A stretch of DNA of 64,000 bases from Psilocybe cubensis. Its lineage: Eukaryota. The stretch is from contig JAFIQS020000017.1 in NCBI GenBank assembly GCA_017499595.2, positions 1 to 64,000 of the forward strand, given 5' to 3'. Position 1 is the first letter of the stretch. The number at the start of each line of letters is the position of its first letter. A program made the position numbers and the translations under genes. This document shows, one piece after another, positions 42,921 through 57,897 of this stretch. The notes below the pieces were generated by a model. That model made no database searches, was not told where the DNA came from, and saw only the letters and a program-made list of their open reading frames with translations.

Positions 42921-45900
42921 CGAGCGCACTGCACTGGTTCTATACCAGCCAATTTTGAAACAGAGAATCATTTCTATTTCCCAGTAAGTGTATCTTGGAC
43001 ACACACTCTACCCCTTTGGTATAAACCCCGGTTTGCTTGTCTTTAATATCAAATGTACAGCAGATTATAAATTTAACAGGGCTAAAGACTAGACAGAGCA
43101 CAGATAAGCACAAAAAACAGCGGAATAAAGAGGTTAAACACACATGCCTTTCATTTTGACCGGGTGTAACACATGAACTACCCCCAATAGTGGGCAAGCA
43201 ATGCTCACTAAATGATCATAAACGCAACGGATTGGGATGTTCAATGTCAGTGCGTGAGTGTAATGGAGATGGTGGATGGTCCTACCGTAGATTGACTGGT
43301 GTCTCCAGACCGAGTGTAGTTGTAGTGTTGACAGCGACGAGAGTCAAGGCAAGCAAGGTCTTGATGTAGTAGACCGTGTCGTCTCGACTGTCTCACACAG
43401 GTTCATGGCTTATCTCAACTCATGACTCGGCAGGTTTAGCTCGCTATACATGTGGCATATATGCTCACGCTAAGAAATAGTATTTATTCAACAAACTAGC
43501 CAGCCCAAGCATCGTACATTGCTCCGAGTATGCATAATCGTGCGCTTCAAGAGTTAAAGCGGAGTTTGAATATCCTTGACAACGGCCAAACAACACGCCA
43601 TTTGTTTTCGACCACCACCATCTCTTCCCCAGCCATTCGAACACCAACGGACTCCGCATGTACGCAAACTAGGGAGAGGGAACGGGAATATCGAGGCCGA
43701 GGAACAAAGGAGGAGGGTCATCTAGGTGAGTAGTTCGCGTTCAATGTTTTTTTTTTTTTTTCGCTTTGGTGCAGGACCCGGCTTTCGACTCTCCACTGCT
43801 ATCACCCTCGATTTTCCATTGCACTGGCACATACTTGGTATCGAAGCGGCGCAAGCTACACCGGGTCGCAATTGTAAGGGGCAATGCATGATAGTGAACG
43901 TGAGTTCAGGAGCGCGACATCCAGCTCGCCACAGACGCCAAGCACACCAACAATCACCCAACCCACACGACGACGACTGCGCATGTCCGCCCTTCCCTCA
44001 TCTATCTCTTTTCTCCGCATACAAGTACAAAACTCTGTCCCTCTATCACCCGGTTTCGCCCGTTTGCTAGATTCTGCAGTTATCTCAGTGCTGGTGAGTG
44101 CGTCCCTCTCTTTACTAACCACCGTTAACATCAACACGAACGCACTGCGTGCCACGTCGCGCTCACCCGCAACCCACACTCACCCTCTTTCCCTCACATT
44201 TATGTGTCAATCCGTCAGTGTCCCCATCCTTGTCTGTGTCCGCTCACCTTCCACACCCCCTATGCGTAGCGTCGTGTGGTGTTAAACAACAACAAGACCA
44301 CAACAAAGCCTGAAAAATTAATGCACACGCACACGCAGTGCCAAATCTTTCGCACGAGCACAAGCGAGATTCAGAGACGAGGGTTCTGTGCGATGGATTT
44401 CCCTGCCTCGAGATGAGCGCATATATGTACCTCAGCATTCAAGGGCAGTTCATGTGAATGGGTTTCAGGGGAATAGTGCAGATGCGGTTATTCGGAACTG
44501 CATGCAGACCCTGCTTCACAGGAGCTGCCTCTGTATGTCTGGATGGTTTTTAGTCTGTGTCTCTGACTGGTTAGAAATGAGTCTCTCATACCTCTCTGCG
44601 TCTGGCTTGATGTCCACTCACAGGACACTGGACGCGATTACTCTGAGGTCAGCACCCCAACGCTGGTTTAGCAACAAAGCGAAGTAAGCCAAACACAGCG
44701 CAACATGTTTTGGTGATATTCTGCTGGATTGTTGTATGCTCGTTTTCATGACTTCGACTTGTTCTGCGTGGGCTGTTATGTGTCTGTGTATCCCTGGCTG
44801 GTCGCATCTATGTACGCGTGTTCCTCTGTGTGTGCACTTGCCCACATGCATCCTCCGCTTCCTCTTTTTTCACAGCACTGCCTGATCCACCATCCACCAT
44901 CCAACCGATCTGCCTCTCGTGTGTTCCTCTGCATATGCAGATTTTGCTTTTCGTCATTGCACGCCTGTGCGCATACAGAAAGCATGAAACTGAAAAAAAT
45001 CAAGTACGATATACCTGCACGCGTGAAAGACTCGGTGCTTATGCACCTGGAGGCAATTATAACACCTTTTCAATCCGTCCTATGTTGGTACTGCAAAGAG
45101 TGTGCGCAGCACATCACCTACAAATGACAAGACGAGTTACAGGGCATGGCGCGACAACAATAGCGGTGTCTGCAACGATGTACAATATAGACGGCATCCG
45201 ACGTGGGCAGGACATATCTGCACCCCAAAACGTAGCTTGAGGCACTCTGTGAGCATTTCTCTTTCGCACTATTCGCACATTGACTTTGCCATGATAACGA
45301 CCTGCACAGACTGACGAATAAATGATCCGCCCAGAATCAACATGGAGACCCCGTCGTGAAGGACATGTTTTGGCAGGAAGGGATGTCATATGAGGTGTGC
45401 GGTGAGCACTGTTCTTTTCTCAATCCAAAATCCCCATCGAAGGACGCGACCCACAACACCCACACTTCCCTTGAAACCCGCGTGTCCACCCAGTTCTCGT
45501 CGTTTGCGTACCATCAATCCCATCTCAAGTCAATTCCCATCTCGACCTTCGCTAACACCGAGACGCTCTCACCCCGTCATCCGAGCTCGCAGCCGACTCA
45601 GCGGTCTTCTTACTCACCACCTCCTCTTCCTGACCGTCGTCCTCATCTATCGCTGCTGTACCCTCCCCTGAGAGAAAGGTGGTGTGTTGTCATTACCTCG
45701 TACACCGGCTTTATTCTTTTCGTCTTTCCTATTTGAGCGCAGTGAAACTGGAACTTAAAGGCGAAATACGAACAAGAAAACATCACGCAACGAGACTCCT
45801 GAGGTGCTATGAACGCATATATGAACTTCGACAGGATGTACGCCTCTGTATATGTGTGTGGGTCTGGCGGGGGGATAAGGTAGAGGTGAGGATCAATCAT

Positions 45901-48217
45901 GCTGTCGACATTTTGGACAATATCGGCGTCATCTCATGGGTTCTGAGAGAGGGAAGTACATGTGTTTGTAGGTGATTGCGAAGAAGTGGTTATATTCTGT
46001 CTGTTGCTCACCCAAATTTGTCTCACCGAGTCCGGCACCCGCACCACCACCAAGGAAGGCACCCTTTGCTGAATTTTTGACCCAAACAAAATGTCCCGGA
46101 GAACATACAAAGAACATACAGACAAACGCAACTGAGAGTCGACCAGTTCATCTCACGATATCGGGCATCAATGTAAAAACGACAGCACACTCGTCCCTCT
46201 CCCTCTTATTTCCATCCCCTGAGGTCCTCTGCTGTCGGAGGAAGATGAGGTGTGGTACGATGAAGTTGTGGCGCTTTCGTGTCAGGGAGCCACCTGGATT
46301 TCAGTGCCCGTACGCAATCCCTAAACCCTTCCACTACATTTGAGGTTCATGCGCCAACTGACATGTCATTTAGGGTGTTCTCGACGGGTTTGTGAGCGGG
46401 TAGTAACCTGAGTATAGCCGTTGGGAATTTTTCAAGGGTAGAGGGATCACGTTCGGCCACATGCTACGACATGGTGCGTATACCACCAATACCACATACT
46501 CTTTACTCGCCTCGTTAGCCACGCCCCATGCAGCATCCTACCTCTCTGAATCCCAATCCCACTCTGCCCCCTTTTTGTTGTCGATGGTATACGCTTGTTT
46601 TAATATCTATGTTACTCAATCGACAGTCTACTCCCACCCGAACAAACAAGGCAATATAATTTTTGATGGTTGATGAGTGAGGTGAGTGTTTAATTCAGCT
46701 CAGCTTTTGTTGCTTTTTGTTGCGGGGGGAGGTTGTCGTATCGCCATATGTTTCGTTTCATTAAAAGCTTCTGGATGGTTGGTCATCTTGGCCGTATTCG
46801 TCATTTTCCATTCATTGATTGACATTTTTTTAAACGATTCCCTTTGGTGCAACAAGAGCTAACCCTCTTCCTCTTTCCTCACCTCCCTCTGTGCGGTGGC
46901 ACTACCTGCAAAAGCCCTGCATGCATCCAAAGTTGTGCACGATGTTTGCTTCGAAAGTATCACGAATATTCTCATTGTGAAGAGCACGGGTTGTTGAGAG
47001 GCGGAATAAACGGTATGTTCTTCAGTCTTCAATTGTTGCATCTTTGCAATATATGTTCACGGCATTAATCCGACTTTGAGTCATATATCTTGCTGTGTCA
47101 CGTATATCCCACAGTGCGATTTTGACACTCCAGTTGTCCTATCACATCGCACCAGCTTATGCACATTTCTCACTTCAAACAATGAGTGTCTTGATACGGT
47201 GCGCGCGGCAAGTCTTGTACTTGTTGTGGCACATTTCAATTTGGCAGTTGTATGCTGATGGACACCTTTTTCGGTCGCTGGTTTGTGGGTGTGTGGATTT
47301 GGGTGTTTGTGTGCAGGAGGGACATATAAGAAGGAGATGTACATGCAGAGGGTGAGTCGGAGGCTGATTTACACGGGTTGCTTAACCTAGCCTCAATATC
47401 AGCAGTGCCACTCATCCCCGCTTTTTAAGCAAACAATATCGCATAGTGTAGCATGTTTACCTGTGTCCGCTTGCATAATGGTTGACTTAAGTAGGTCATA
47501 TGCGCTGCATAGTGCGAACATTGAGCATAGAATGCGCAGGATTATGTTACTGACTAGGTTTGGAACATGCAAAGTTCCATTTCAAGTTGTACATTTCAAG
47601 CTTATTACACAGTGATTAATGTCTACCCATACGGTGTCAGAGGACCAACATGAAGGCATCGAGAACTCGGACATTAACACGCCCGGTCCTAAAATTATCC
47701 AACCTCATCCCCTCAATTTCTCCCTGCCACTGTCTCGCGGTTGCTGCATCTCGGCATCCTCGACGACAGGTGTGTCGCCCCCCACAACAATAGATAACAC
47801 GTTGTGGATATATATACTCACCAAAATCACACAGACCGCTGACCACCGTCCGTCCCAATTGACCGCATGTTTTGTTCGCCGTGAAGCTTTCCTACCGTGA
47901 TACTAGGGTTATTGTAGAGACCAGTATCCCTATGTATTCTTTGTTGTAGAGCGCAAGTCCACTATTACTTTGAGATACAGTTAATAGTACATTTCAACTC
48001 GGTTTCTCACAGAAAGAATAAAAATACGCCGTGCGACATAACTTAAAAATGAACGGGTGAGCATCGCCTCGAGGTAACCTCATGACCAACACAGCCTGCG
48101 TGTAGGACTCCCACCCTCGCTACGGGTTTTCCTCGCCTTCCCTCCTTCCCCTCTAGCTTCCACAGTCCACTCATACGCATTTCTTGCCTACCTGTATTTC
48201 CCCCTGTCTAGCTGAGT

Positions 48218-51200
48218 ATGCCTCCCGGAAACCAGCTTCTTCTCAGTGGAATTCTATCTCGTAAGAGAGTAGCCGACATTGTTGCCAATAAATGTACTGA
48301 TTTACTATCTAGAAATCGAAGTGAAAGGCGATATATTAAACGGCAATAAACATCGATCATTCTATTGGGTTCAGATCTACGTCGACAACCAAGAAATCAT
48401 CAAATCGGATAAAATCAAGGCTCATTCTGACAAGCTTTCGTGGCAATGGGGTTCGGATACCAAAATGTGAGCGCTTCAAATCAGTTTTTGTTGGTTCTGT
48501 TGCATATTTGTGTTTCAGCTATTTCTCGCCTTCGTCGGTAGTCAGAATTGAACTCTATCGCGGGTTCAAAAGCAGCGCCATGGACAAATTCCGTCAAATC
48601 CTTGTACACGTAGCACAATTTGAGGAGCAAATTGAGAAGTTGCTCGACAACAGTGTGTATGATCTTAAACTTGAAATTTTTCATATTAAAAATTTGTGTA
48701 TAGGCTCCGCATTATTCGAATTGAAAGATAAAAAGGAGCAAAGTGTTGCACAGATCAATATGTCTCTTTTTCTATCAGAGACACCGAATGAGTTCATCTC
48801 GGACTTCATGAAGAAGGTTGACCGTGATGTTGCCAACCTGAAAGACATTGATGGCGTCAGCAAACTGGCATTGTCAATTCTTGGGCCTGTTCTTCAGAGT
48901 ACAAAGACCTTGATGGACACTGTTGCTGATGTAAGTAACTTGTATTGGGTACAGTGTTACTGCAAACTCATTTATTGAACCTACAATTAGGCGCATCCGA
49001 TACTCAAGATATCATGGAAGTTTATTTCAAATATCTACGATGTATGATTCTTCATATGTACAGGGTATACATATTAATATTTCTTTATAACAGGCGACAC
49101 AAGAAACGGAGATCCAGGACCAATCAATCCGAGAGTTGGCTGAAAATTTACGCGAAATGCTTGCTACTGCGAATGAGAAACTCGACCTGCCAAAGATACC
49201 CAACGCCGTTGACATAATCAAGCAAATTGGACAGCATTCCTTGCAGGTTGCATCAATAATGCATGAGTACACACAATTGTCTTACAACAGTAATTGTCTT
49301 ATGTCTTGCCTTGATAATTCCAATTGACCTGTGTATACAGAAAGAACATTGTTTTTAAGCACCGGTAATCTGGGTAAACGGATTAAAGAGTGCCAAAGTA
49401 AATTACAAGCTCTCAACAAAAGGTTCTACGAGAGAGTACAGCTTGAGATGAATAAGGCTGTAAAAGAAAATCGTATGTGTATTCTATGTCTAATAAAATT
49501 TGTTGTTGAATCAAATTTGTGCTACAGAGGATATGATAAAGGATGTAAAGAAAGAGGTTACCAAGGTCAAGGACGATGCCCTAGGTATGTGATTTTCACT
49601 TTTTGTTCTTAATACGTGTCTAATACCAGCTTTAAACATAATAAAATGAAGAAAAAAAGATTATTGAGTGGCTATGGCATTCTGGTCCCCCACTTGATTT
49701 TTCCAAAAATTATAATGAAGCCAATAAAAAGCATCACGGAGAAACATGTTCCTGGTTTCTTGACGACAATAGATTTGGGAAATGGTTACACCATTCTGGC
49801 TTTATATGGGTCTATGGAAAAGGTGAGGATTCATATACTATAATATGCAAATGCCTTTAATTGGGTGTGAATAGCTGGGTGTGGAAAGACAATTTTAATG
49901 TATGAACCAATGTCTTTCATCTAATTGACAGTTGAATTCATAAGTCTCTTAGGTCTTTAATTATCAAGAAACTCCCAGAAGCCAATTCTTCGACTGGAAT
50001 TTGTTATTTCTTCTTTGATGCACGAGATGGCCAGACGGATTCACAGCTATATATGAACTTTATACGATCTCTGATTCACCAGCTATGTGATTTCCGCCAT
50101 GGAGGAATTCCACAAGAGTTGGTCAACCTTTATACAAAATGTGGGTCTTCACAACCATTGGATGAACAATTGGAGGAGACACTGCAAAAGATCCTGGAGG
50201 GATTTGATCATGTGTTCATTGCCATTGATGCCCTGGACGAGTGCTTGGATCGCCAAAGGACTCTTGATTGGGTCAAGAAACTCCTAACCAAGTCCCAAGG
50301 GCAAACCAATATTCATCTGATAATCACAAGTCGACGAGAGACAGATATCAGCAACATCTTTCACAATTTCAGGGGTGACCACATTGATCTTGTTAACTCT
50401 GAAAACAAAGATATTGAGCAGTATATCACACAGAAAATGAAATCAGACAATCTGCGGAAATTTGATGAACAGCATCAATTTGAGATAAAGCAAAAATTAT
50501 TGTCTTGTGCCGATGGATCGTAAGGTCTACCCTTTCCATTTCACAATGATACTGATAATACCCCAAGATTTAGATACATTGCACTTATGCTAAATGAAGT
50601 GGAAAAATGTTCAAACCTGGCCATGTTGAAGACAACATTGACTGAGATGCCAAAGGATCTTGATGAAATATATGGACAAATTCTGCGTAAATGCGACTCC
50701 AAAAAGGCTTTGGATCTTCAAAGATTTCTTCAGTTTCTTGCATTCTCTATAGAGGATGTAAAACTTGAGGAACTTGCTGAAATTATTACAATTGAATTCA
50801 CTCCAGAAAATGAGCCAGTTTACAATTCCAACAAACAATATTTCAATCCTATTGATGTCCTCGAGCTATGTGGGGGACTAGTAGTGACAGTAAGAAATGA
50901 TGAATCAGACAACCAGAGCGAGGACTATGTCAAGCTGTCCCATTTTTCAGTGAAGGAATACCTCATGTCTAGTCATGTCCAAGACGTGTTTCATCTGGCC
51001 AAGACCACGTCTCAAATTGAAATCTCAAAAACATTGCTATTATATCTTTTGGAGACTTATGCCACCATTCTTAACAACAACAATATTGGCCCTTATAATT
51101 TCCCACTCAAATTCCATGCTAAAAGTTACTGGCATTTGTATGTTCAATGCCAGGGTGTAGGTGAAGACAACATCATATGCAAGCTGGTAGTCTCTCTCTT

Positions 51201-53190
51201 AAGACTTGGAGATTCTACAGGATTTAATGACAAAGTCAGCAATATCCTGTGGTATGGAAGATTGGAGACCAAAACAGCCGAGTCTAAAATGATCTGCCAG
51301 GCATCAGTCCTAGGTCTTTGTGGTGTTGTGAAAGTCCTATTGAGAGAGGTGGATGATATAACCCTAACAAAGAAATCCATGGATGGAAAAAATCCACACC
51401 AAGAGAGGGTAAAAGGGAAGTATAGTGATGCCCTGCAGGCAGCATCCTATATGGGGTATGGATTGGTGGTTGAAACCCTGCTGCAGCACGGTGCAGACAT
51501 CAATGCTCTGTTTGGTAATTACGGCACTGCACTCCAGGCGGCATCCTATATAGGGCATAGATTGGTAGTTGAAACCCTCCTGCAGCATGGTGCAGATGTC
51601 AATATTGTGGGTGGTAGGTATGGCACTGCACTCCAGGCGGCATCCTATTATGGCCATGAATTGGTAATTGAAACCCTCATAAAGCATGGTGCAGATGTCA
51701 ATGTTGTGGGTAGCGAGCATGGCACTGTACTCCAGGCAGCATCCTTTTATGGCCATGAATTGGTAGTTGAAACCCTCATAAAGCATGGTGCAGATGTCAA
51801 TGTTGTGGGTGGCGAGTATGGCACTGCACTCCAGGCGGCATCCTATTATGGCCATGAATTGGTAGTTGAAACCCTCATAAAGCATGGTGCAGATGTCAAT
51901 GTTGTGGGTGGCCAGTATGGCACTGCACTCCAGGCAGCATCTTATAGGGGATATGGATTGGGGGTTGAAACCCTCATAAAGCATGGTGCAAATGTCAATG
52001 TTGTGGGTGGTGAGTATGGAAATGCACTCCAGGCAGCATCCTTTCTGGGCCGTGAGTTGGTGGTTGAAACCCTCCTGCAGCATGGTGCAGATATCAATGC
52101 TGTAAATGGCAGTTATGGCACTGCACTCCAGGCAGCATCCTATAGTGGATATGAATTGTTGATTATAACCCTCCTGCAGCATGGTGCAGATGTCAATGTT
52201 GTGGGTGGCAAGTATGGCACTGCACTCCAGGCAGCATCTTATAGGGGATATGGATTGGTGGTTGAAACCCTCATAAAGCATGGTGCAGATGTCAATGTTG
52301 TGGGTGGTGAGTATGGAAATGCACTCCAGGCAGCATCCTTTCTGGGCCATGAGTTGGTGGTTGAAACCCTCCTGCAGCATGGTGCAGATCTCAATGTTGT
52401 GGGTAGCGAGTATGGCCCTGCACTCCAGGTGGCATCCTATAGGGGATATGGATTGGTGGTTGAAACCATCATAAAGCATAGTGCAGATGTCAATGTTGTG
52501 GATGGCAAGTATGGCACTGCACTCCAGGCGGCATCCTGTTCGGGTTATAGAGCGGTGGTTAAAATACTCCTGCAGTATGGTGCAGATGTCAATATTGTGG
52601 GTGGCGAGTATGGCACTGCACTCCAGGCAGCATCCTATATGGGCCATAATTCAGTGGCTGAAACCCTCCTGCAGCATGGTGCAGATATCAATGCTGTAAA
52701 TGGCAGTTATGGCACTGCACTCCAGGCAGCATCCTATAGTGGATATGAATTGTTGATTATAACTCTCCTGCAGCATGGTGCAGATGTCAATATTGTGGGT
52801 GGCGAGTATGGCACTGCACTCCAGGCGGCATCCTATAGGGGAAATATATTTGTGGTTGGAAGCCTCATAAGGCGTGGTGCAGATGTAAATGTTGTGGGTG
52901 GCAAGTATGGCACTGCACTCCTGGCGGCCTCTTATGTAGGCCAATATAGTATTGTGGACCTCCTCTTGAAAAATGGGGCAGATGTGAACACTTCCGCCAG
53001 TCGGTTTGACAATGCTTTGCAGGCAGCATGTTCCAAAAACCACGAAAAAGTCATTCAATTGCTCTTGAGCCACGGTGCTAAAGTAACCTCACTGGATTAT
53101 CTGGATTGTATTAGCAATCCCGCCCTTCAGGTAGAACTTCGTATTGCTTACTCTGCACATAAAGAAAGTGTAAGTTTGTATTTTTCATAA
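48218..53190 (+). CDS. Fungal NLR-like protein: N-terminal (possibly C2-like plus helical) region, NACHT NTPase, 17 ankyrin repeats; multi-exon
   Basis: ATG at 48218 and many ~50-60-nt GT-AG introns. Walker A WVYGK|AGCGKTIL is split by an intron (~49805-49900). Walker B VFIAIDALDEC, LIITSRRE, VKLSHFSVKEYL. Last exon ~50570-53190 has 33-aa repeats YGTALQAAS..G...VETLLQHGADVN. Confidence 0.9.
51420..53085 (+). repeat. 99-bp tandem repeats encoding ankyrin units with high internal similarity
   Basis: Recurrent TATGGCACTGCACTCCAGGC(A/G)GCATCC and CATGGTGCAGATGTCAAT at 99-nt spacing. Confidence 0.92.
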
Positions 53191-56100
53191 AGTTGTCTTC
53201 TACCCTTGTGACTATTATTTATAGATATCAAACCCACTTCAAACTATGCCTGAAAACTGAGCAATAAGGTGTCAGCTTCGGCCTTAGTTAACATTTCACC
53301 AATTTGCTGTACATCTAAATAAATACTATACAAATTATCTGTTTCTCATGTCGGAAATTGACAGCCAGATGAAGTGTTTACCTTATACAGTGAGGAAATC
53401 ATACAGAAATTACAGACAATAGTAAGTAAAAAACTTTGATAGTAAAGATATCAATGTAAGGTTGAGTGCACAAAAAAATCTGCGTAACAGCTGAGTCTCT
53501 TCCATTCAGCAAACAATCATTGACAATAAAGTTTGCAGAGGGAGTGGTGGATATTATCGATAGCCTGCAATATTTGATTAGACGCCCAAAGGCTCTTACA
53601 AAGATGCTACACGGATAAGTTCCATGCATGAGTGAAAAGGAGGGATAAAAGATGTCCAAAACACACAATACAACCCTTCCCCCTGCGCTCCAAGGACGCT
53701 GATGCAAAACCTTACTGAAACTCTGTACCTGATTCACCAACACCTCACCCATTTTTAACCACAATCTCATACTGCGCATTGTGGAGGCTGGGGTGCGTGG
53801 TGCTGATGATACAGTGCACCTTGTAAATTTTGGCGGAGAGGCGCAAGAGTGCAATTAGATGTGATAAATTTCTTGATTATTGGACGGAGAGTGCTGAGGG
53901 TATGAAAGTGAGGGTGCGGGTAAAGGTGTATCAGAAAATTGAAGCAGATATAGGTACGTTTGGTAAAACATTCACAAAGCCCAGGGCCATCATCACCATC
54001 TTTTCCAAATCCACTCTGCCAAAAGTTCATCTAGATGAAGCAGGTGTAGGATAGGAGCTGGGATTTGGCAAAGGTACTAAGTGTGTCGAGGAGGAGGTTG
54101 GCTGCGCATTTGAATTGGCCGGTGGCTTCCCGCATTGAACTTTGAGGCGGTTGCGGCTGTCCCAGTTTCCGTCTCCGTCGATGAGCCTGTGGAGGCTGCT
54201 TGCATGTCAGATGTGTGTGTTGTTTGGCGACACCAAATACATGTCCAAGGGACAAAAAGAATGTCTTTAAGTTTTCTGGCCTGGTAATTTGGGTTGGACA
54301 TTACTAAATATAAGGCGTTGTCAGTTATTACAATGCCTACGTTGCGTAGTCTGCCGGAGATTGTGCCGAGGAGGAATACAAGTATTGCGCATAAATGCGT
54401 GTCACACAGGTACACGCGTGAACGCACGCACGGGAGAAGCTACGTTGATTTATGTATGCCCTAGTATTCATACTTTCTGCTTCTGGAAACCCATTTAGTC
54501 CGTCCTGTATAAAGTGTGTGCAGCGCGCCAACTACAAAGGCCCCAGAAGGCAACACAAACGCTGGCTGGAGTAGCCGAGCGTGCGAACATCACCGGCCGA
54601 CTAATCGGCAAAAAACGTTGTCTCGTTCATCTCGTCTTGCTTCCAACAGCTTCATCTCCATGAACAATTCTTCGTTTTTAGTGCGTCCCCTTTTGGTTCT
54701 TGTCTTATTGTAACTTATATGTCTGCTTTGAACTCCTTTGTCTAGGCTCTTTCTTTGCTGTAAAAAGCACCACAGTCTCTTCACATTCGCAGGGGATAAT
54801 TGGTGTATACACAAAATGGTACCTGCGACAACGCACAAACTCCACGTTAAAATCTCTCTTACGTTGACCAACCCGTCTTCTCTATGCCCACTCTATTGGC
54901 AACCATGTCATCAATCGCCTTCCCGTATCAATTTCTCCGTCCACCCGCGCACCTGTTGCCCGCCGCACTCTACGTGCGAGATTCCTAAGCCTCAATATGA
55001 GGGCATACGCTGTTTGTAGGAAGTCGGGGTGTTAAGGAAATGGTGTGGGGGCGGGTGGGCTGGATGATGTGTTTGATAATTGCAAGAAACATTCGTTACT
55101 TGCCTACCAAAGCTACGTCGTGTTCCTTGCTACAGTCGTCATCTCGACCTGCTTCACACTACTCACATACACTGCCTCTGAGTCTCCCTTGTCCTTGTCT
55201 TTGCCCTCCGGCACTTATTTTCTTTCACCAGGTGTATATTCTCCACAACACATTTCATCCGTCCCTCCCTGACCATTGTATTCTCCTCACCGGCCCATCA
55301 TCCACGCATGACATGGACAGACTTGTGACATCTCAATTCAATCCTAGTTGTATGCGCTGAAATTCACGCGTATTGCTCCCAGAATGAATACGAAGTGCAA
55401 GTTGTCATTTCGAGCAAAGCAACACAAAACCTCTCGTGCAACAGTGGCCCCTCCCCATTCCTATTTCTCATTTAACATCCCAAAAGACAGCGACAACAGT
55501 CTCGTCCCTCGGCCAAACCATCACTCGCGGAAGTCAGCGGAGATTAGTGAAATGTATGAACCGACTGACGGTGGTACGCAGCGCGAGTTATTGAGTGAGT
55601 TTCATAGCATCTTATTTCAATCAATGGTAACGTTCAGTTGTACTCTCGATGTGTCTTGACTACCTCCACGCCTCCACCTCTGCTTCCGCAACTTTGACCG
55701 TTTTTTGACCCTTTTACCACCCTTCCTCCCCTGAAGAGATGCTGTCGTTGTGCCGCTGCTATAGCATAGATTGTGGGGAACTTGCAGAGGCGCTGAACCC
55801 TAACTGATACCACCGAAATGAGAAATTGGACCAACACAACCCAACCTCTCTTGCACACAGTGTTCATCGCGTGATAGCGACTGGTTAGCCCTTTGCGGCG
55901 GCTCACAACACTCACTGCAATTCTGGATCTGTTTGCCTCTGATGACATGTCGCTCTGGTCTTTATCGTCGACCACTTAGCTTGTGTTCTTTCCTCTTTGA
56001 CCCCCCCCGTGTCGTGCTAGGGAGTGACAGGCCGCACATACGTGTTTTTCTATCCGGCTGTGGCTTGGAGTCTATGAACTACTTCAGGAACACCACACCC

Positions 56101-57897
56101 CGCTATCATTCCCCATCCCTCTGCCATACAATGGTGACGCTCCACATGAGCTGGTGCTTCTTCAAACATACAGCGATGGATCAACTATGAAACCGAGCGT
56201 GTGTGTGTGTGCCTATGGATATTTTATATTCTTGACCACAGCAGACAAATTAAATGTCCGCCGTATCGCTCATATCTCATTCCCTTCTCCGTGTCTCTGC
56301 GTACCATCTGACCTTTGACTTGTGCTGGTGCCGGTACACTTGGATTATGCTGTGTGGGAATGCTGTGTACCCACGCAGGACTTACGCTTCGTGGTCAAGT
56401 TACGACCATGTCACAATTTCGAGCATCATGACTTTGCGCTTTCGCCGAGGGATACCTGCCTGATCCACCCTGCACCCTCAATCGTCAATTGGATCGACGT
56501 CACGTACTACTGAACGGAATTCTCTGCTTCGTTGACGTTTTTCTCGGATGAATTAAGAATCCCGACACTGATGCAATGGCTAGTCATTGGATTTCTTGGA
56601 AGTAGGTTCTGGATTCGGGCACTTGGTGGTTGACACAAATCCATATATCTGCCTGCATAGTGCGTGATTATAAGCCACTTGAAATGACTGCTGCAAGGAA
56701 ACGCTGATATTGAACAAATCATTACACAGCGTGAATTTCAATCCAATCACACACCTCTGAATTTCTACCCAACCCCGTCCTCACTCATGCACCCCCAGCA
56801 TAGGGAGTGGCACCAGCAATATCAATTACCGTGATACCTCACCCATATGCCAAATCTCTTTTTCCCTGCCTGAAGTTTGAATCTATACGATTGTATATAA
56901 ATAAATGAACCCGCAATATATAAGCACCGACAGTTGGTCATTAAGACAGAGTAGGTAGTAAGCCTCGGATATATCTCTTGACAAAAACGCTTCTGCGGTT
57001 AACTGGAGTTGAGAAAATATTACACAAATGACTTTGACGAACTAGTTCCAAAACAACACGTCTTTGATGCTGGTATTCTATACGAATGCATAGACCCTTT
57101 AAATAACTGCTGAAAATTTGACACATGATAAGTAATGAGAACACAAGACTGTCAGCTACACATTCCCGTGCCTCCGTCTAGAAATCAATGCAGAACAAAG
57201 GGGTGGGAATGAAAGAATATACGGCAGTCTGTGCCGAGTGCTGTCTCTGACAGAGAAACTGCTCAACATAGTGACCGTTTGATGAAGCACCGTTTACAAG
57301 GCAGGAGCTGGAAACAGCGTGGCATGGAATACATTTGTCGATAAGCAACCAGTTATCCACGACCATTCTAAGTTCCTTTCCATGACTTGACATGTTCTAC
57401 CTATTGAGAGTATCAGGTGAAATCAGTGCATGTTTCCCGTGTCGTTATTGGCCCACTGAAAACTTAATTAAAGGAAGCTATAGGACAGGACGTTGGTGAC
57501 CAGAAAACTGGCTGGGTTCACACGAAACTCTAAATCTCCTCGGACTTGTTATGGTTCGACAAATAACTGATAATTTCTCTAAGCAAGAGTACGGAGTCAC
57601 AGCGATGGCGTTTCATACCAGCATATTGTATGACCGATAGTGAAAGGTACCCACAGGCATTCATGTCGCTAATACCGTTATGAATATCCTGTACCTTATT
57701 GATAAGTGTGATCCGCCTGGATTAGAAATACGTGTAGTTATCTTTGGACCACACCCACCAACGCCTTTGGCACTTCTCAACATGGGATATGTCTTTCCCT
57801 TTACGTGAACAGTGCCATATGTTCTGCTTCGCCAATAGAAACATAACATGCACCTCCCTTGGTATCCTCTTTTTCCACCCTGCCTCTCTCGCCCGCC

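Noticed and set aside
46318-46330. Isolated CCCTAAACCCT
   Set aside because: Under two repeats with no element sequence adjacent; compatible with chance.
51364-53073. 427-aa and 140-aa minus-strand repetitive ORFs
   Set aside because: Antisense shadows of the ankyrin repeats.
53399-57500. Possible gene or transposon remnants between the NLR and the membrane protein gene
   Set aside because: No motif I could identify with confidence.
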